Source of the DNA: an uncultured Planctomycetota bacterium
GTDB taxonomy: Bacteria; Planctomycetota; Phycisphaerae; Tepidisphaerales; Tepidisphaeraceae
Assembly (NCBI GenBank): GCA_963841915.1
Contig: CAWJEN010000003.1
Coordinates: 32,001 to 96,000 of the forward strand
Length of the DNA stretch: 64,000 nt
Direction of reading: 5' to 3'
Below are positions 41,455 through 51,583 of this stretch, piece by piece (the stretch's first letter is position 1; every line of letters starts with the position of its first letter). The translations under genes and the position numbers were made by a program. The notes under the pieces were generated by a model. It searched no databases. It was given only the letters and a program-made list of their open reading frames with translations, and was not told the origin of the DNA.

Positions 41455-42234
41455 TCAGTCGGCGCGGGCAAGCTGTGCCTGCTTTGCGGCAGTCATGAAG
41501 CTCAGCAGCTGCATCTCGACGACCCGCGGGTTGTTGCCGGCTTGGATGCTGAGCAGGCCCTGCATCATGATCTCCTTCGCGAATGCCTCTTCTTTACTGA
41601 TAAAGCCGAGTTTTTCAGCGATGGGGCCTGCGATGACGTTCTGCACCATGGCCCCGTACAGCGTGCCGGTGAGGGCAACCGCCAATGCGCCACCGATGGC
41701 CGCCGGGTCGCCGTCGAGGTTCTTGAACAACGCGATCTGTGCGATGAGACAGGCGAGCAGTCCACAACCTGGTCCGAACTTGGCAATGCTGGCCCAGAAG
41801 TGCTTGCCGTGCTTGTGCCGTTCAAGCATGGCGTCAATTTCGACGCGAAGCACCCGCTCGACCACCTCGGCGTCGGTGCCGTCGATGGTGAGCTGAAGCC
41901 CCTTCCGCATGAAGGGATCGTGGTGATCCTTGCTCGGGCCCTCGAGCGCCAGTACACCATCTCGACGGGCAGTTTCTGCGTATTCTACCAGTTCCTTGAC
42001 GGTATGCTCGATGTCGTGGTGTGCCCCGAAGAGCATCTTCATCGAGCCCTTGAGACTCACCATGATGGCCGACATGGGCGTGCCGGCGATGGCGGCGCCG
42101 ACTGCTGCGCCACCGACGAGGATGACCTCAGTCGGCTTGATGTAGGGGCCGATGGCCCCGTGTGTGACGTGCCACATGCCGAAGCCGAGCGAACCCCAGG
42201 CGACGCCATATCCGAGAATTGTTCCGAAGTCCAT
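41455..42234 (-). CDS. motA: MotA-family stator protein
   Basis: ARRDGVLALE, FMRKGLQLTIDG, AVALTGTLYG, GLLSIQAGNNP. Confidence 0.9.
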   Translation of the reverse strand: MDFGTILGYGVAWGSLGFGMWHVTHGAIGPYIKPTEVILVGGAAVGAAIAGTPMSAIMVSLKGSMKMLFGAHHDIEHTVKELVEYAETARRDGVLALEGPSKDHHDPFMRKGLQLTIDGTDAEVVERVLRVEIDAMLERHKHGKHFWASIAKFGPGCGLLACLIAQIALFKNLDGDPAAIGGALAVALTGTLYGAMVQNVIAGPIAEKLGFISKEEAFAKEIMMQGLLSIQAGNNPRVVEMQLLSFMTAAKQAQLARAD

Positions 42235-42337
42235 GAGCTGCTTGCTGGTGCGAGGAGAAGGTCCACCAGCGTTATCGGCCTTAGCCGGCCTGGGCCAACA
42301 GTCGCCTTGCACCTAAGCTGCGACCATCGCTTCTGCC

Positions 42338-43099
42338 ATGCCCAACGCCCTCGTCCTTCAAGCCGCCGGTATTAACTGTGACCGTGAAACGGCGCGTGCC
42401 TTTGAGCTGGCCGGTGCTCAGGCTGACCTGCGTCACATCAACGAGTTGGCAACCCTCCAGCACCCGTTCGACGACTACGACCTGCTTGCCATCCCCGGCG
42501 GGTTCAGCTTCGGCGACGACGTCGCGGCTGGCCGCATCCTGGGTGACCGCCTCGCCCGCGGGTTCGGCGACCACGTGCGGCGGTTTATCGAAAAGGGGCG
42601 ACCGGTCATCGGAATTTGCAACGGATTTCAGACCCTTGCCAGCTCTGGACTGCTCGGCGGGTCGTGCGCACTCGATGACAATGCGGGCGCAGCCTTTGTC
42701 TGCCGATGGTCGTCGTTGGTGCGGGGTCGTTCGCCATGCGTCTGGTTACGAAACTGGCAGGAGGACGAAGTCGTCGAACTGCCCATCGCCCATGCCGAGG
42801 GTCGCGTCGTCTTCGCCGACGAGGCCGCCACGTCAAGTGCCCGCGCCGCGGTGACGTATGTGGCCCCGAGCCGGCAACTATCGGCCGACATGCCTCCGAA
42901 CCCCAACGGCAGCGTCGGCAACATCGCTGGCTTGTGCGACGCGTCGGGCCTGATGCTCGGCCTCATGCCGCACCCGGAGCGATTTGTTGAGCCGATGCAG
43001 CATCCCGCTTACCAGCGGCAAAGGATTGAGCAACGTGACGTTCCCGAGCCAGCCGGACTTCGAATGTTCAGGGCGGCTGTCGACTATGTTCGTAGCTAA
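42338..43099 (+). CDS. purQ: Phosphoribosylformylglycinamidine synthase glutaminase subunit
   Basis: GINCDRE, PGGFSFGD, GICNGFQ, PIAHAEG, NPNGS, GLMPHPER. Confidence 0.95.
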   Translation: MPNALVLQAAGINCDRETARAFELAGAQADLRHINELATLQHPFDDYDLLAIPGGFSFGDDVAAGRILGDRLARGFGDHVRRFIEKGRPVIGICNGFQTLASSGLLGGSCALDDNAGAAFVCRWSSLVRGRSPCVWLRNWQEDEVVELPIAHAEGRVVFADEAATSSARAAVTYVAPSRQLSADMPPNPNGSVGNIAGLCDASGLMLGLMPHPERFVEPMQHPAYQRQRIEQRDVPEPAGLRMFRAAVDYVRS

Positions 43100-43256
43100 C
43101 TGAGACCATAGGCTGAAGTAATAAGGCAGCTAAATAACTTGCGAAATCAAACGATAAGCAGTTAGACTCTTCTGAGCGAACGTCTGATAATTGCAGACGA
43201 TTTGCAATTCGGATCAGCGATTCCTGTCTGTCCGCCGGTTTGCCGATATCGGCAAC

Positions 43257-44456
43257 ATGACGCTTCGTACTCGCCTTGTCGTCGCCGCCGCGGTTGCCGC
43301 GGCCTTTGTGCCCGCCGCCGCCGCGCAGGATCTGTTCGGCGTCACCGTCACCGCGCCGGGTGAAGATTCGGTCACCGTCACCGGCTCATCGCTCTTCGAC
43401 CTCGCCGAGAATGTCATCGAGAGCCTGGGCGAGTTCGAGAACTTCGAGGGCACCAGCTTCACCGGTAGCCTCGACTACGCCGGCCTCAATGATGCGATCA
43501 TCGTCAGCGGCGATGCCGCCAATGCCGATCAGGTGCGGGTGCAGATTCCCAGCATCGGTTTCGACCGTGTCTTCGACGACGAAGACGAAGCCGAGGAGTT
43601 CCTGCGGAACGACGGTGCCGACGTCGTCGCTGAATTTATCAGCGTCGTCAACCGACAGACGCTCGTCGGTGTCACCGACGGCAACCCGGCAGCGGTCACC
43701 GCCCTCATGGCTGACGACGCCTTCCGCAACTTTGGTGAGTTCCGCAACCCGTTCATCGGTTACACGCAGGGCGGTGACGCGCTTCGTCTGTACGGCAGTG
43801 CCGGCGTCATCTCGACCGACATCGGTGACGGCACGCTCTACGAAGGTGCCCTCACCGGCGGCTTCAAGTTCACAGACCGTGTCGGCCTCGTCCTCAGCTT
43901 TCCCGGCGGATACCGCGAGATCGAGGGCTCGCAGACGTTCTTCGGCGGCGCTCAGGTCGGCGTGCCGATCAAGATCGCCGGTGACGTGACCGACGACCAG
44001 CCGCTCATCTGGCAAGTCACGCCATACGGCCTCGCCAGCGTCGGCGGTAGCCAGGATCAACTTTCCGGTGGTGTCATCCTCGGTGGCGGCCTCGTCAACC
44101 TCCTCGGCGTCAAGCTCGGTGACTTCACCATCACCAGCGGCCAACAGCTTGTCGGTTACGGCGGCACACCCATCGAAGTCGGTGACTATCGCTTCGAAAC
44201 CGACGTCTCGCAAACGCTGCTCCGCCTCAGCCTCCAGGCCACCTACGGCGGCGTCGGGCAAACTGCCTACGTCACCGGCGGCGTCGCCTACACCGATTTT
44301 CTCGACGATGCGGCTGTCGACAACTACTTCAGCCCCCTGGCTGGCGTCGGCTTCCGACTCGGGGCCGGGAGCCTGTTCCGCATCGGCTACCGCGGCGACT
44401 TCGGCGACGGCTATGACACGCACCGCGGTGAAATTGAGCTTCGACTGGCCTACTAA
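43257..44456 (+). CDS. Exported protein, probable outer-membrane beta-barrel
   Basis: Signal peptide; Gly/aromatic amphipathic strands; terminal ELRLAY. Confidence 0.7.
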   Translation: MTLRTRLVVAAAVAAAFVPAAAAQDLFGVTVTAPGEDSVTVTGSSLFDLAENVIESLGEFENFEGTSFTGSLDYAGLNDAIIVSGDAANADQVRVQIPSIGFDRVFDDEDEAEEFLRNDGADVVAEFISVVNRQTLVGVTDGNPAAVTALMADDAFRNFGEFRNPFIGYTQGGDALRLYGSAGVISTDIGDGTLYEGALTGGFKFTDRVGLVLSFPGGYREIEGSQTFFGGAQVGVPIKIAGDVTDDQPLIWQVTPYGLASVGGSQDQLSGGVILGGGLVNLLGVKLGDFTITSGQQLVGYGGTPIEVGDYRFETDVSQTLLRLSLQATYGGVGQTAYVTGGVAYTDFLDDAAVDNYFSPLAGVGFRLGAGSLFRIGYRGDFGDGYDTHRGEIELRLAY

Positions 44457-44507
44457 GCAGCTGTATGGCAACGTTCCCTTACGAAGGTTGCTAAGTTTCA
44501 GGCTCCC

Positions 44508-45722
44508 ATGCGCGTGCTCCACGTCATTTCCGGCATCCGACCTGCTGCCGGTGGAACCACGTTTGCCTTGGCCGGCCTGACCAAAGCACAAGCCGACGCC
44601 GGCCTCGATGTCGCGACCTTCAGCACGTTCCTCAAGGGCGACGACGCGCAGGGGCTCGAACTATTCGATCCGCGTGTCACGATGCACCGGCTGGGCCCGG
44701 CGACGAACCCGATGTCGCGGCACCCGGACCTGCCGGCGCGGGTGCAGCGTGCGGTCGAGCAGGCGGACATCGTGCACATCCACGGCCTGTGGGAGATGAG
44801 TCAACCGACCGCCGCCGAGGCCGCATGGCGGCAGGGCAAGCCGTACCTCATCACGCCGCACGGCATGCTCGAGCCCTGGTCCATGGGGCAAACGTTTGCG
44901 AAAGCGTTGAAAAAGCGCATTTACCTGTGGCTTAAGCTGCGTCGCTGGCTAAATCGTGCCTCGGCCATGCACGCAACGACGGAGCTCGAACAGACGAATC
45001 TGAAACGACTCGGCCTCAAGTCGCCGACGCTCGTCGAGTCGAACGGGCTGGACCTTGCAGAGTTTCGAGACCTCCCGGCTGGAGGCTTCCTCAGGCAACG
45101 GCACCCGGAGATCGGCGACCGACCGATTCTGCTGTTCCTCGCCCGCATCAACCGCAAGAAGGGCGTCGACGTACTGATGCGTGCATTCGTCAAGGCCAAG
45201 CAGTCGGCGGGCGATTCGCCGATGCGGGATGCGGTGCTGGTGCTGGCCGGTCCGAACACCGACGGCTACCTCGCCGAGATGATGCAGATCGCCAAAGCGG
45301 GCGGCGTGGCAGACGACATCCTTGCCACCGGGCTGCTCGACAAGGATGAACGGGTGGCGGCCCTTGTAGACGCGGACTTGTTCGTCCTGAGCAGTTACAA
45401 CGAGAACTACGGCATCGCTGTCATCGAGTCCATGGCCGCCGGCACGCCCGTGTTGATCAGCGACCAGGTGCAATGCCATCCGGAAGTCACCGCTGCAGAC
45501 GCGGGAGATGTGCTACCAGTCGATTCTGACGCATTTGCAGAGAAGATGATTCAGCGGCTAATATTGCCGAAAGAGCTCACAGCTGCAGGAATGCGCGGCC
45601 GTGCGCACGCTCTCGCCTCCTTGGGTTGGGGAGCGGTGGCGACGCGTTGGGTGAAACACTACACCAAGATGGTCGCTACAGTAAGCAAGAAGGCGGTCCG
45701 CGAGGGTGGAGCGTCTGACTAA
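44508..45722 (+). CDS. Glycosyltransferase family 4
   Basis: IVHIHGLW, TPHGML, LARINRKKG, SSYNENYGIAVIESMAAG. Confidence 0.92.
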   Translation: MRVLHVISGIRPAAGGTTFALAGLTKAQADAGLDVATFSTFLKGDDAQGLELFDPRVTMHRLGPATNPMSRHPDLPARVQRAVEQADIVHIHGLWEMSQPTAAEAAWRQGKPYLITPHGMLEPWSMGQTFAKALKKRIYLWLKLRRWLNRASAMHATTELEQTNLKRLGLKSPTLVESNGLDLAEFRDLPAGGFLRQRHPEIGDRPILLFLARINRKKGVDVLMRAFVKAKQSAGDSPMRDAVLVLAGPNTDGYLAEMMQIAKAGGVADDILATGLLDKDERVAALVDADLFVLSSYNENYGIAVIESMAAGTPVLISDQVQCHPEVTAADAGDVLPVDSDAFAEKMIQRLILPKELTAAGMRGRAHALASLGWGAVATRWVKHYTKMVATVSKKAVREGGASD

Positions 45723-45733
45723 CGACCTTCTTG

Positions 45734-46921
45734 ATGAATGTCCTGCACGTCATCTCCGGCATTCGAGCTGCCGCGGGTGGTACGACCTTTGCGCTTGCTG
45801 GTTTAACGGCTGCACAAGCGGCCGCCGGACTTGACGTCACGGTCCTGAGCTTGTGGCGTGAGGGCGCTGAAGACGATGGGCCGGAGCTTTTCGATGATCG
45901 CGTGAGAATGGTCCGGGTGGGCCCGGTCAATCGCCCGCTCGCCAATTGCGAAGGTCTTGATAGCGAAGTGCGACGTCGCGTTGAAGACGCAGACATCGTC
46001 CATATTCACGGACTTTGGGAGAGCGTTCAGCACTATGCCGCCCGCGAGGCTCGCAAATTAAAGCGTCCGTATGTGGTGACGCCGCACGGCATGCTGTCGC
46101 CTTGGGCGCTGAGCCAATCGGTCAGGCAGTGGATCGTTAAACGGTTGTATCTGGCATGGCGTCTCAGGCGTGACCTGAACCAAGCTGCAGCCATCAACTA
46201 CACGACGTCGACCGAGCGGGATAATGCCAAGCCGCTCGGCCTGCGGTCACCGGCACTAATCGAGCCCAACGGCGTGGATCTAGACGAGTTTAAGACGCTA
46301 CCGCCGAAGGGATTTCTGCGGAAACGGTTCCCAGCAATCGGCGACCGGCCGATCTTGCTGTTTTTGGGTCGTCTGCACCCGGTGAAGGGGCTCGACATCA
46401 CCGTTCCGGCTTTTGCGAAGGCGGTCAAAGAGGCACCGTCTGGATCGCGAGTGAGTCAAGCCTGCCTGGTCGTGGCAGGTCCGGACAGAGACGACTACAC
46501 GCCCGAGATCACTCGAATGGCAGCAGATGCCGACGTTGCAAATCGCTTGTTTTTTACCGGAATGCTCGACCCGATTGACCGTGTCGCTGCTCTCTTAGAC
46601 GGCGACATGTTCATTCTGAGCAGTTACAGCGAGAACTACGGCATCAGCGTGATTGAAGCGATGGCGGCCGGGCTGCCAGTCCTGGTGAGCGATCAGGTCC
46701 AGTGCCACCCAGAAGTCACTGCTGCCGACGCGGGCGACGTTTTGCCGATGGAGATCAACGACTTCGCTGAGGCGATTTCGAGTCGGTTTCCCGATGCCGA
46801 GGGCTTGGTGGCAGCGGGCAAGCGGGGGCGGGACCACGTGATGGCAAACCTTGGATGGCGTGCGGTGGCCGAGCGGTGGGTCGAGCACTACGGCAAGCTG
46901 CTAAGCAATCACCGCGGCTGA
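45734..46921 (+). CDS. Glycosyltransferase family 4, tandem paralogue
   Basis: Same motifs; LGRLHPVKG, SSYSENYGISVIEAMAAG. Confidence 0.92.
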   Translation: MNVLHVISGIRAAAGGTTFALAGLTAAQAAAGLDVTVLSLWREGAEDDGPELFDDRVRMVRVGPVNRPLANCEGLDSEVRRRVEDADIVHIHGLWESVQHYAAREARKLKRPYVVTPHGMLSPWALSQSVRQWIVKRLYLAWRLRRDLNQAAAINYTTSTERDNAKPLGLRSPALIEPNGVDLDEFKTLPPKGFLRKRFPAIGDRPILLFLGRLHPVKGLDITVPAFAKAVKEAPSGSRVSQACLVVAGPDRDDYTPEITRMAADADVANRLFFTGMLDPIDRVAALLDGDMFILSSYSENYGISVIEAMAAGLPVLVSDQVQCHPEVTAADAGDVLPMEINDFAEAISSRFPDAEGLVAAGKRGRDHVMANLGWRAVAERWVEHYGKLLSNHRG

Positions 46922-47676
46922 GGCACGCCCGCGGCTGCGATGGCTCGCCGCATGTCCTCTTCGTACGTGGCGGCAAGGGCTTCGAGGCGCTCGCGACTCG
47001 GTCGCATGTCTTTGCCGACGATTCGGCGAATGGCAAACATAAGCTTGCCCCAATACTTGTGCCGAACCGGTAGCGGGCGATGTTCGTCCCGCAGTGGCCC
47101 CGTGAAGTGAAGGACGTGGCGGTCGGGTGCTTTGGAATCGGTGCTGTTCCACTCCGGGCCGATGACTTGCACGGCCGGATGACCGGTGGCGTGTTGGATG
47201 AAGTGGCCGTTCTCGTACGCGGTCCGAATGTCGGCAGGGGCGGCCTTGCCGGAGTCGTTGAGCATCGTCTCGAAGATGTTGCCGACCTCCGCCCGGTTGC
47301 GGGAGAACAAGACCCCAGAGTTGAAGTTGCCGCTCAATCCTTCAGCCGCGAATAGACCGGCATTCGGGTAGGTCTTACCGAGGCTGCGTGGGTCGGGTGC
47401 GGTTGAGCGGACAAGACAGTCTGCGTCGAAGAATGCGACCCACCCGACGGTCTCTGCCGGTTCAAGGAGCAGACGCCGAAGCATGGCGATTTTGAGCCAG
47501 GCCGCCTCTCGCGGGGTCAGGCCGTACCGGCCAGACAACAGGAGGTAGCCGGCCCCGAGCCGCGCGGCATATGCCCGCTGCGACGCGAGGCAGTCCGACC
47601 AGACGTGCTGATAGCCGTTGGTCGCGACGGAGAAGATGACGAGGTTGTCCCCACTCGGTGACGTCACGGGCGGCAC
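46909..47676 (-). CDS. GT-A glycosyltransferase (GT34/galactosyltransferase-like)
   Basis: AAWLKI, FFDAD (DxD), FNSGV, WNS, VLHFTG. Confidence 0.75.
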   Translation of the reverse strand: MPPVTSPSGDNLVIFSVATNGYQHVWSDCLASQRAYAARLGAGYLLLSGRYGLTPREAAWLKIAMLRRLLLEPAETVGWVAFFDADCLVRSTAPDPRSLGKTYPNAGLFAAEGLSGNFNSGVLFSRNRAEVGNIFETMLNDSGKAAPADIRTAYENGHFIQHATGHPAVQVIGPEWNSTDSKAPDRHVLHFTGPLRDEHRPLPVRHKYWGKLMFAIRRIVGKDMRPSRERLEALAATYEEDMRRAIAAAGVPQPR

Positions 47677-48749
47677 AGCGTAAGGAAGTCATCCAGGAGC
47701 GGATTAAATCGCTCGCGAAAACGGGAAAATCGGAAGTGTTTCTGCCAATGGTCGCGACCGGCGTCGCCGAATCGCCAGGCGGTGGAGCTGTCGGTCAGCA
47801 GGCGGACGAGACGGTCGACGAGGACGTTCTGGGCGTCGGGCTGATCGAGGTCGACGTTGTAGCCCGTGACATCATCGACATTGACCTCGTGCGCTGCGTC
47901 CTGCACCGACGCGATGGCGGGCACGCCGTGACGCATGGCCTCGATGTAGACGAGCCCAAAGCCTTCGCCGCGAGAAGGCATCGCCAGCACGTCCACGTCG
48001 GCCCAGAGCTGCGGCATGTCAGCCTCGGGAACGAAACCGAGGAACTCGACACCCTCACCGGCGGCGGCTTCGAGCTCGTCGCGGTCCGGTCCTCTGCCGA
48101 CGACGAGCAAGCGAGCATTCGGCACGCTCTGGCGGACGAGGGGCCAGGCGTCGAACAGTTCGCGGTGCCCTTTGTAGCCACCTTCGAGGCGGCCGAGGAT
48201 GACGGCTGTAGGTGGGCGATCGGGCGTGGAAGGCGGCATTGTCGGCAGGTCATCGGTCTTGGTCGCGAGCCAGCAGACCTTGGCCCGGGCCATGCGGGCG
48301 TCGGTCTTGGCGGCACGGTCCCGGGTATAGGCCGTGTTGCTCAGAAGCAGATCAGCCCGGGCCGCCCAGAGGGCGCGGTCGGGTCGCCAATCGTGGCCGG
48401 GCCAGACCTCGATGCCGTGGATCCAGTCGAGGTGCGGCCGACGGAGGCCCGGCAGGCGACAGTGTGCACGCGCCATGCCGACGAAGTCGTAGACGAATCC
48501 ATCGGCCCGCAAGGCGGCAAGTTGGACCCTTGCAAAGAAGCTGGCTTTGGAGCCGCCGCAGACGGTTTGTGGCAGCGAGATGTCAGCGGCCGGCTGCTTG
48601 TCCTTCAGCACGATCGCGCGGCACTGCAGCTCGCCTGCCGCCTGCCGCTCGTTCAGGACGCGGGCCATGAGTCGGGCGACGCGGCAGATGCCACCGTTAC
48701 CGGCGTCGAGGCTGTCGACTGCGAGGATGAGGCGCGTTGGCCGAGGCAT
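47664..48749 (-). CDS. Glycosyltransferase family 4
   Basis: HGIEVW, YKGH, MPSRGEGFGLVYIEAM. Confidence 0.92.
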   Translation of the reverse strand: MPRPTRLILAVDSLDAGNGGICRVARLMARVLNERQAAGELQCRAIVLKDKQPAADISLPQTVCGGSKASFFARVQLAALRADGFVYDFVGMARAHCRLPGLRRPHLDWIHGIEVWPGHDWRPDRALWAARADLLLSNTAYTRDRAAKTDARMARAKVCWLATKTDDLPTMPPSTPDRPPTAVILGRLEGGYKGHRELFDAWPLVRQSVPNARLLVVGRGPDRDELEAAAGEGVEFLGFVPEADMPQLWADVDVLAMPSRGEGFGLVYIEAMRHGVPAIASVQDAAHEVNVDDVTGYNVDLDQPDAQNVLVDRLVRLLTDSSTAWRFGDAGRDHWQKHFRFSRFRERFNPLLDDFLTLCRP

Positions 48750-48755
48750 GTGTTA

Positions 48756-50273
48756 CTAGAACCCGGCGGCACTGACGGGAGGGCCCAGAACGTCACGCGT
48801 CGCCTCCGGCCTTAGGGCCAGTTGACGCGTCGACTGCGCTGGGGCAGGAAGTACGCCTTCGTGTTCGAATACCACGGGCAGATCACCATCCTGCGGCGTC
48901 TCGGCGACGTTGCGGCGTGCCAGGAAGCCGAAGAAGAGACCGGTCGACACCATCCAGACGGTCTGGCTTGCGCCGTTACCGAGCACCGTGTGACTTTTGA
49001 AGAAGAACCAACCTGCCGCACCAAGGGCGACCGCCATCGCAGCCACACCCGCCAGCGGCACATTGCCGAGGGTCGACAGCCGCACCCATGCCAGAAACGG
49101 CAAGCCGGCAAAAACCAACACGAAGCACGCAAGCCCGACGTAGCCCGTTTCGCGGAAGATGAGTGCGGTGCCGGTGTCGGCAACGCTCTCGAAGCGGGAC
49201 AGGTCCTGGCTGTTGATGACGTTGCGGACGGCACCGGCTGTTCCAATACCCTGGCCAAACATCGGCGGGACGCTGGAGCCGGCAACCTCGCTCTGGAAGA
49301 AGAACAGCCGGTCGCTGATGACTTCGAAGGTCAGCGCCCGCTCATAAAAGCTGGCATCGGTCTCGGCCGTGCTTGCGTCCTGGTTCGGGATCAACACCGA
49401 GGCGACGGCAGCGACCACGATGAGAAGCACACCACCAAAGACGGCTCGACCGGCGACAGCGGTGCTGCTGATGTTGCTCCGCAGCAGGCCCAGCGACACG
49501 GCAGCGACGGAGAGGATTGTGATGAGCACGCCGATCCGTACGCGGGCGACATAAATGCCGTACAGGCACAGCACCAGCAAAATGGTGAGCGGCACCCGAC
49601 GCCGCAGGTTCGCCTGGTCGAAGAGCATCGCAAACGTGAATGTGGCAACGGCCATCAGCACCAGCGACAGCACCTGGGCCGAGTTGAACGAGCCTTCGTT
49701 GAACCGCCCACCGGCCATGACGTGAGCTTCTTTGTAGATGTTGACTTGCAAGAAGCCGGGCAGCAGGCCGCGGGCGTTTTCCTGCATGAACGTCAGGAAC
49801 AGCGTGATACTGACGCCGACGACGCCCACGCGGAACAGCAAGCGTGCCAGCGGCGGACTTTGTCCGACGAGCAAGCCCGTCAGAAACAACGCGGGCGCGA
49901 TGGCATACGTTCGGCCGATCGCCAGCGGTACGCTCGGCTTGAAAAACTCGGCCGTGACCATGAGCCCGCTGATCGCTACTACGAGCAGCCACGGCACGAA
50001 CAAGACAAGCAGTCCCTTGTACTTGAGCGGCTGCTGGATCGCCCAAAGGCCGATAAAGAAGAAGAGCAAATCCTTGATCGCGGTGACGTACACCGGGCGC
50101 CCGGGCAGGGCCTTGCGAATCGTCTCATCGATGAAGAAAAGCGACAGAGCAGTTACGACGGCAAATGTCACCCACTGCGGCACGAAGAGCCCGCCGACCC
50201 TGTGTTGGTCGTCTTGCGAAGTCGTCGCCAGCCCAAACGAAGCGGGGGTGTAGTGCGAGAGGCTTTGCGTCAT
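48756..50273 (-). CDS. Polysaccharide polymerase/ligase-like membrane protein (Wzy-like)
   Basis: More than 10 TM segments, periplasmic loop with FGQGIG, located in the EPS cluster. Confidence 0.7.
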   Translation of the reverse strand: MTQSLSHYTPASFGLATTSQDDQHRVGGLFVPQWVTFAVVTALSLFFIDETIRKALPGRPVYVTAIKDLLFFFIGLWAIQQPLKYKGLLVLFVPWLLVVAISGLMVTAEFFKPSVPLAIGRTYAIAPALFLTGLLVGQSPPLARLLFRVGVVGVSITLFLTFMQENARGLLPGFLQVNIYKEAHVMAGGRFNEGSFNSAQVLSLVLMAVATFTFAMLFDQANLRRRVPLTILLVLCLYGIYVARVRIGVLITILSVAAVSLGLLRSNISSTAVAGRAVFGGVLLIVVAAVASVLIPNQDASTAETDASFYERALTFEVISDRLFFFQSEVAGSSVPPMFGQGIGTAGAVRNVINSQDLSRFESVADTGTALIFRETGYVGLACFVLVFAGLPFLAWVRLSTLGNVPLAGVAAMAVALGAAGWFFFKSHTVLGNGASQTVWMVSTGLFFGFLARRNVAETPQDGDLPVVFEHEGVLPAPAQSTRQLALRPEATRDVLGPPVSAAGF

Positions 50274-50311
50274 GGCATCATCGGGTGCATCGGCACGTGG
50301 GCACGGGTAGT

Positions 50312-51583
50312 TCAGCGTACCGCAGGAACAACCCTTGTCTCAAGACCTTCCAATGGGTCTTGCTCTGGCAGGTAATGCTGCTGGGCCGCGTCGAGCATCT
50401 GTCGGCTCCGCCGGCTACCGCGAAGCAGGCGCCGGCCGACGATGGCGAGCGACGCGACGAGTGATAACAACACCATCGGCAACAGCCAGCACGCAGCCGT
50501 GAGTCGCACACGCACCGGCACGACAGCTGCGTCGACATCGTTCAGCACGCGTGCAAAAGCGGCCTCGGCTGACGTGCGTAGCTCCTCCATCGCCTCGGCA
50601 TCGGCGGTGCCGACAAGGCCGTCGTGGTCGGCGAGCGCTGCGGGCCTGACTGCCTTGCCGTTGAATCTGGCGTCGTCGAGCAGGTGATCGACTTTGGCTT
50701 CGTAGCTGACCGCCAGAAGCGGCCCACCCACGGCCAGCGCCAGATGAACGACGTGCAGCCGCATCGCCAGCGTCGCGGCAGCGCCGGCGACGAGACTCGC
50801 TGCTTCGTCGACATCGCGCGGCCACACGACGCGAACAAGGAGCGAATCAGCATCCAGGCGAGCCTTGATCTGCTCCAGCAGCACGATGTCAGGCGTCTCG
50901 GCGGCCAGGAGGAGCACGGTCTTTACATGGAACTCGTCCGCCAGTCGGCGGGCGGCACTAACGGCGGCTTCTTCGGTCAGGCCTTCGGTCTGGCGGACGT
51001 TGACCATCACGTAGGGCGGCAACGTCTTGGTCTGTCGCTGCAGATCGGCCAGCACAGCCAGGTCAGGAGCGACAAAAGCAAGCGCACTGGGGGCCATGCC
51101 TCGCACCCGCGCGACGGAGGCTTCGTCCCGGACGTACACCGCCGCCGCGTTGCCCAGCAGGAAGGTCGCCATCTTCCGAAGCAGTGGCCGCCGAATCGGT
51201 CGCACGCCCAGCCCGACGTAGGCGATCGCGTGGCCCCGCACCAGTGACACCATCGCGTCGGCGGCGTATCGCGGGATCGACTGCCACGTGTAGACATCCT
51301 CAAGCAGGCCACCACCACCGATGAGCAGGCCGCAGGAACGTCCGCGTCGCGCGAGCGATTTGAGCCAGTCGGGGTAAGGCCACCAGCCTTGAAGAATCTG
51401 CGACCGCTCTTGCCCGGCGAGGGCGAATTGCCTGGTAGTCCTTGCGTTGAAGGTGTGCAGGACAGCCAGATGCTCCGGCCGTAGCCGTCGAAGCGTGTCA
51501 ACGATCGCCCGTGCGAGCAGCTCGTCGCCCAGATTCGGTGCGCCGAAGAAGCCGACGGAGCCGTAGGTCTTGTCGCTACTCAT
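50312..51583 (-). CDS. Polysaccharide pyruvyl transferase (CsaB-like)
   Basis: GFFGAPNLGDE, IGGGGLL, VRDEAS, APDLA, AMRLH, SYEAKV. Confidence 0.88.
   Translation of the reverse strand: MSSDKTYGSVGFFGAPNLGDELLARAIVDTLRRLRPEHLAVLHTFNARTTRQFALAGQERSQILQGWWPYPDWLKSLARRGRSCGLLIGGGGLLEDVYTWQSIPRYAADAMVSLVRGHAIAYVGLGVRPIRRPLLRKMATFLLGNAAAVYVRDEASVARVRGMAPSALAFVAPDLAVLADLQRQTKTLPPYVMVNVRQTEGLTEEAAVSAARRLADEFHVKTVLLLAAETPDIVLLEQIKARLDADSLLVRVVWPRDVDEAASLVAGAAATLAMRLHVVHLALAVGGPLLAVSYEAKVDHLLDDARFNGKAVRPAALADHDGLVGTADAEAMEELRTSAEAAFARVLNDVDAAVVPVRVRLTAACWLLPMVLLSLVASLAIVGRRLLRGSRRSRQMLDAAQQHYLPEQDPLEGLETRVVPAVR

Noticed and set aside
40658..42234. Zorya ZorAB defence system
   Set aside because: MotA is normal length with no long ZorA tail, and there are no zorC/D/E neighbours.
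43100..43256. AT-rich intergenic tract as a candidate oriC
   Set aside because: Short, with no DnaA-box cluster seen; more likely a promoter region.
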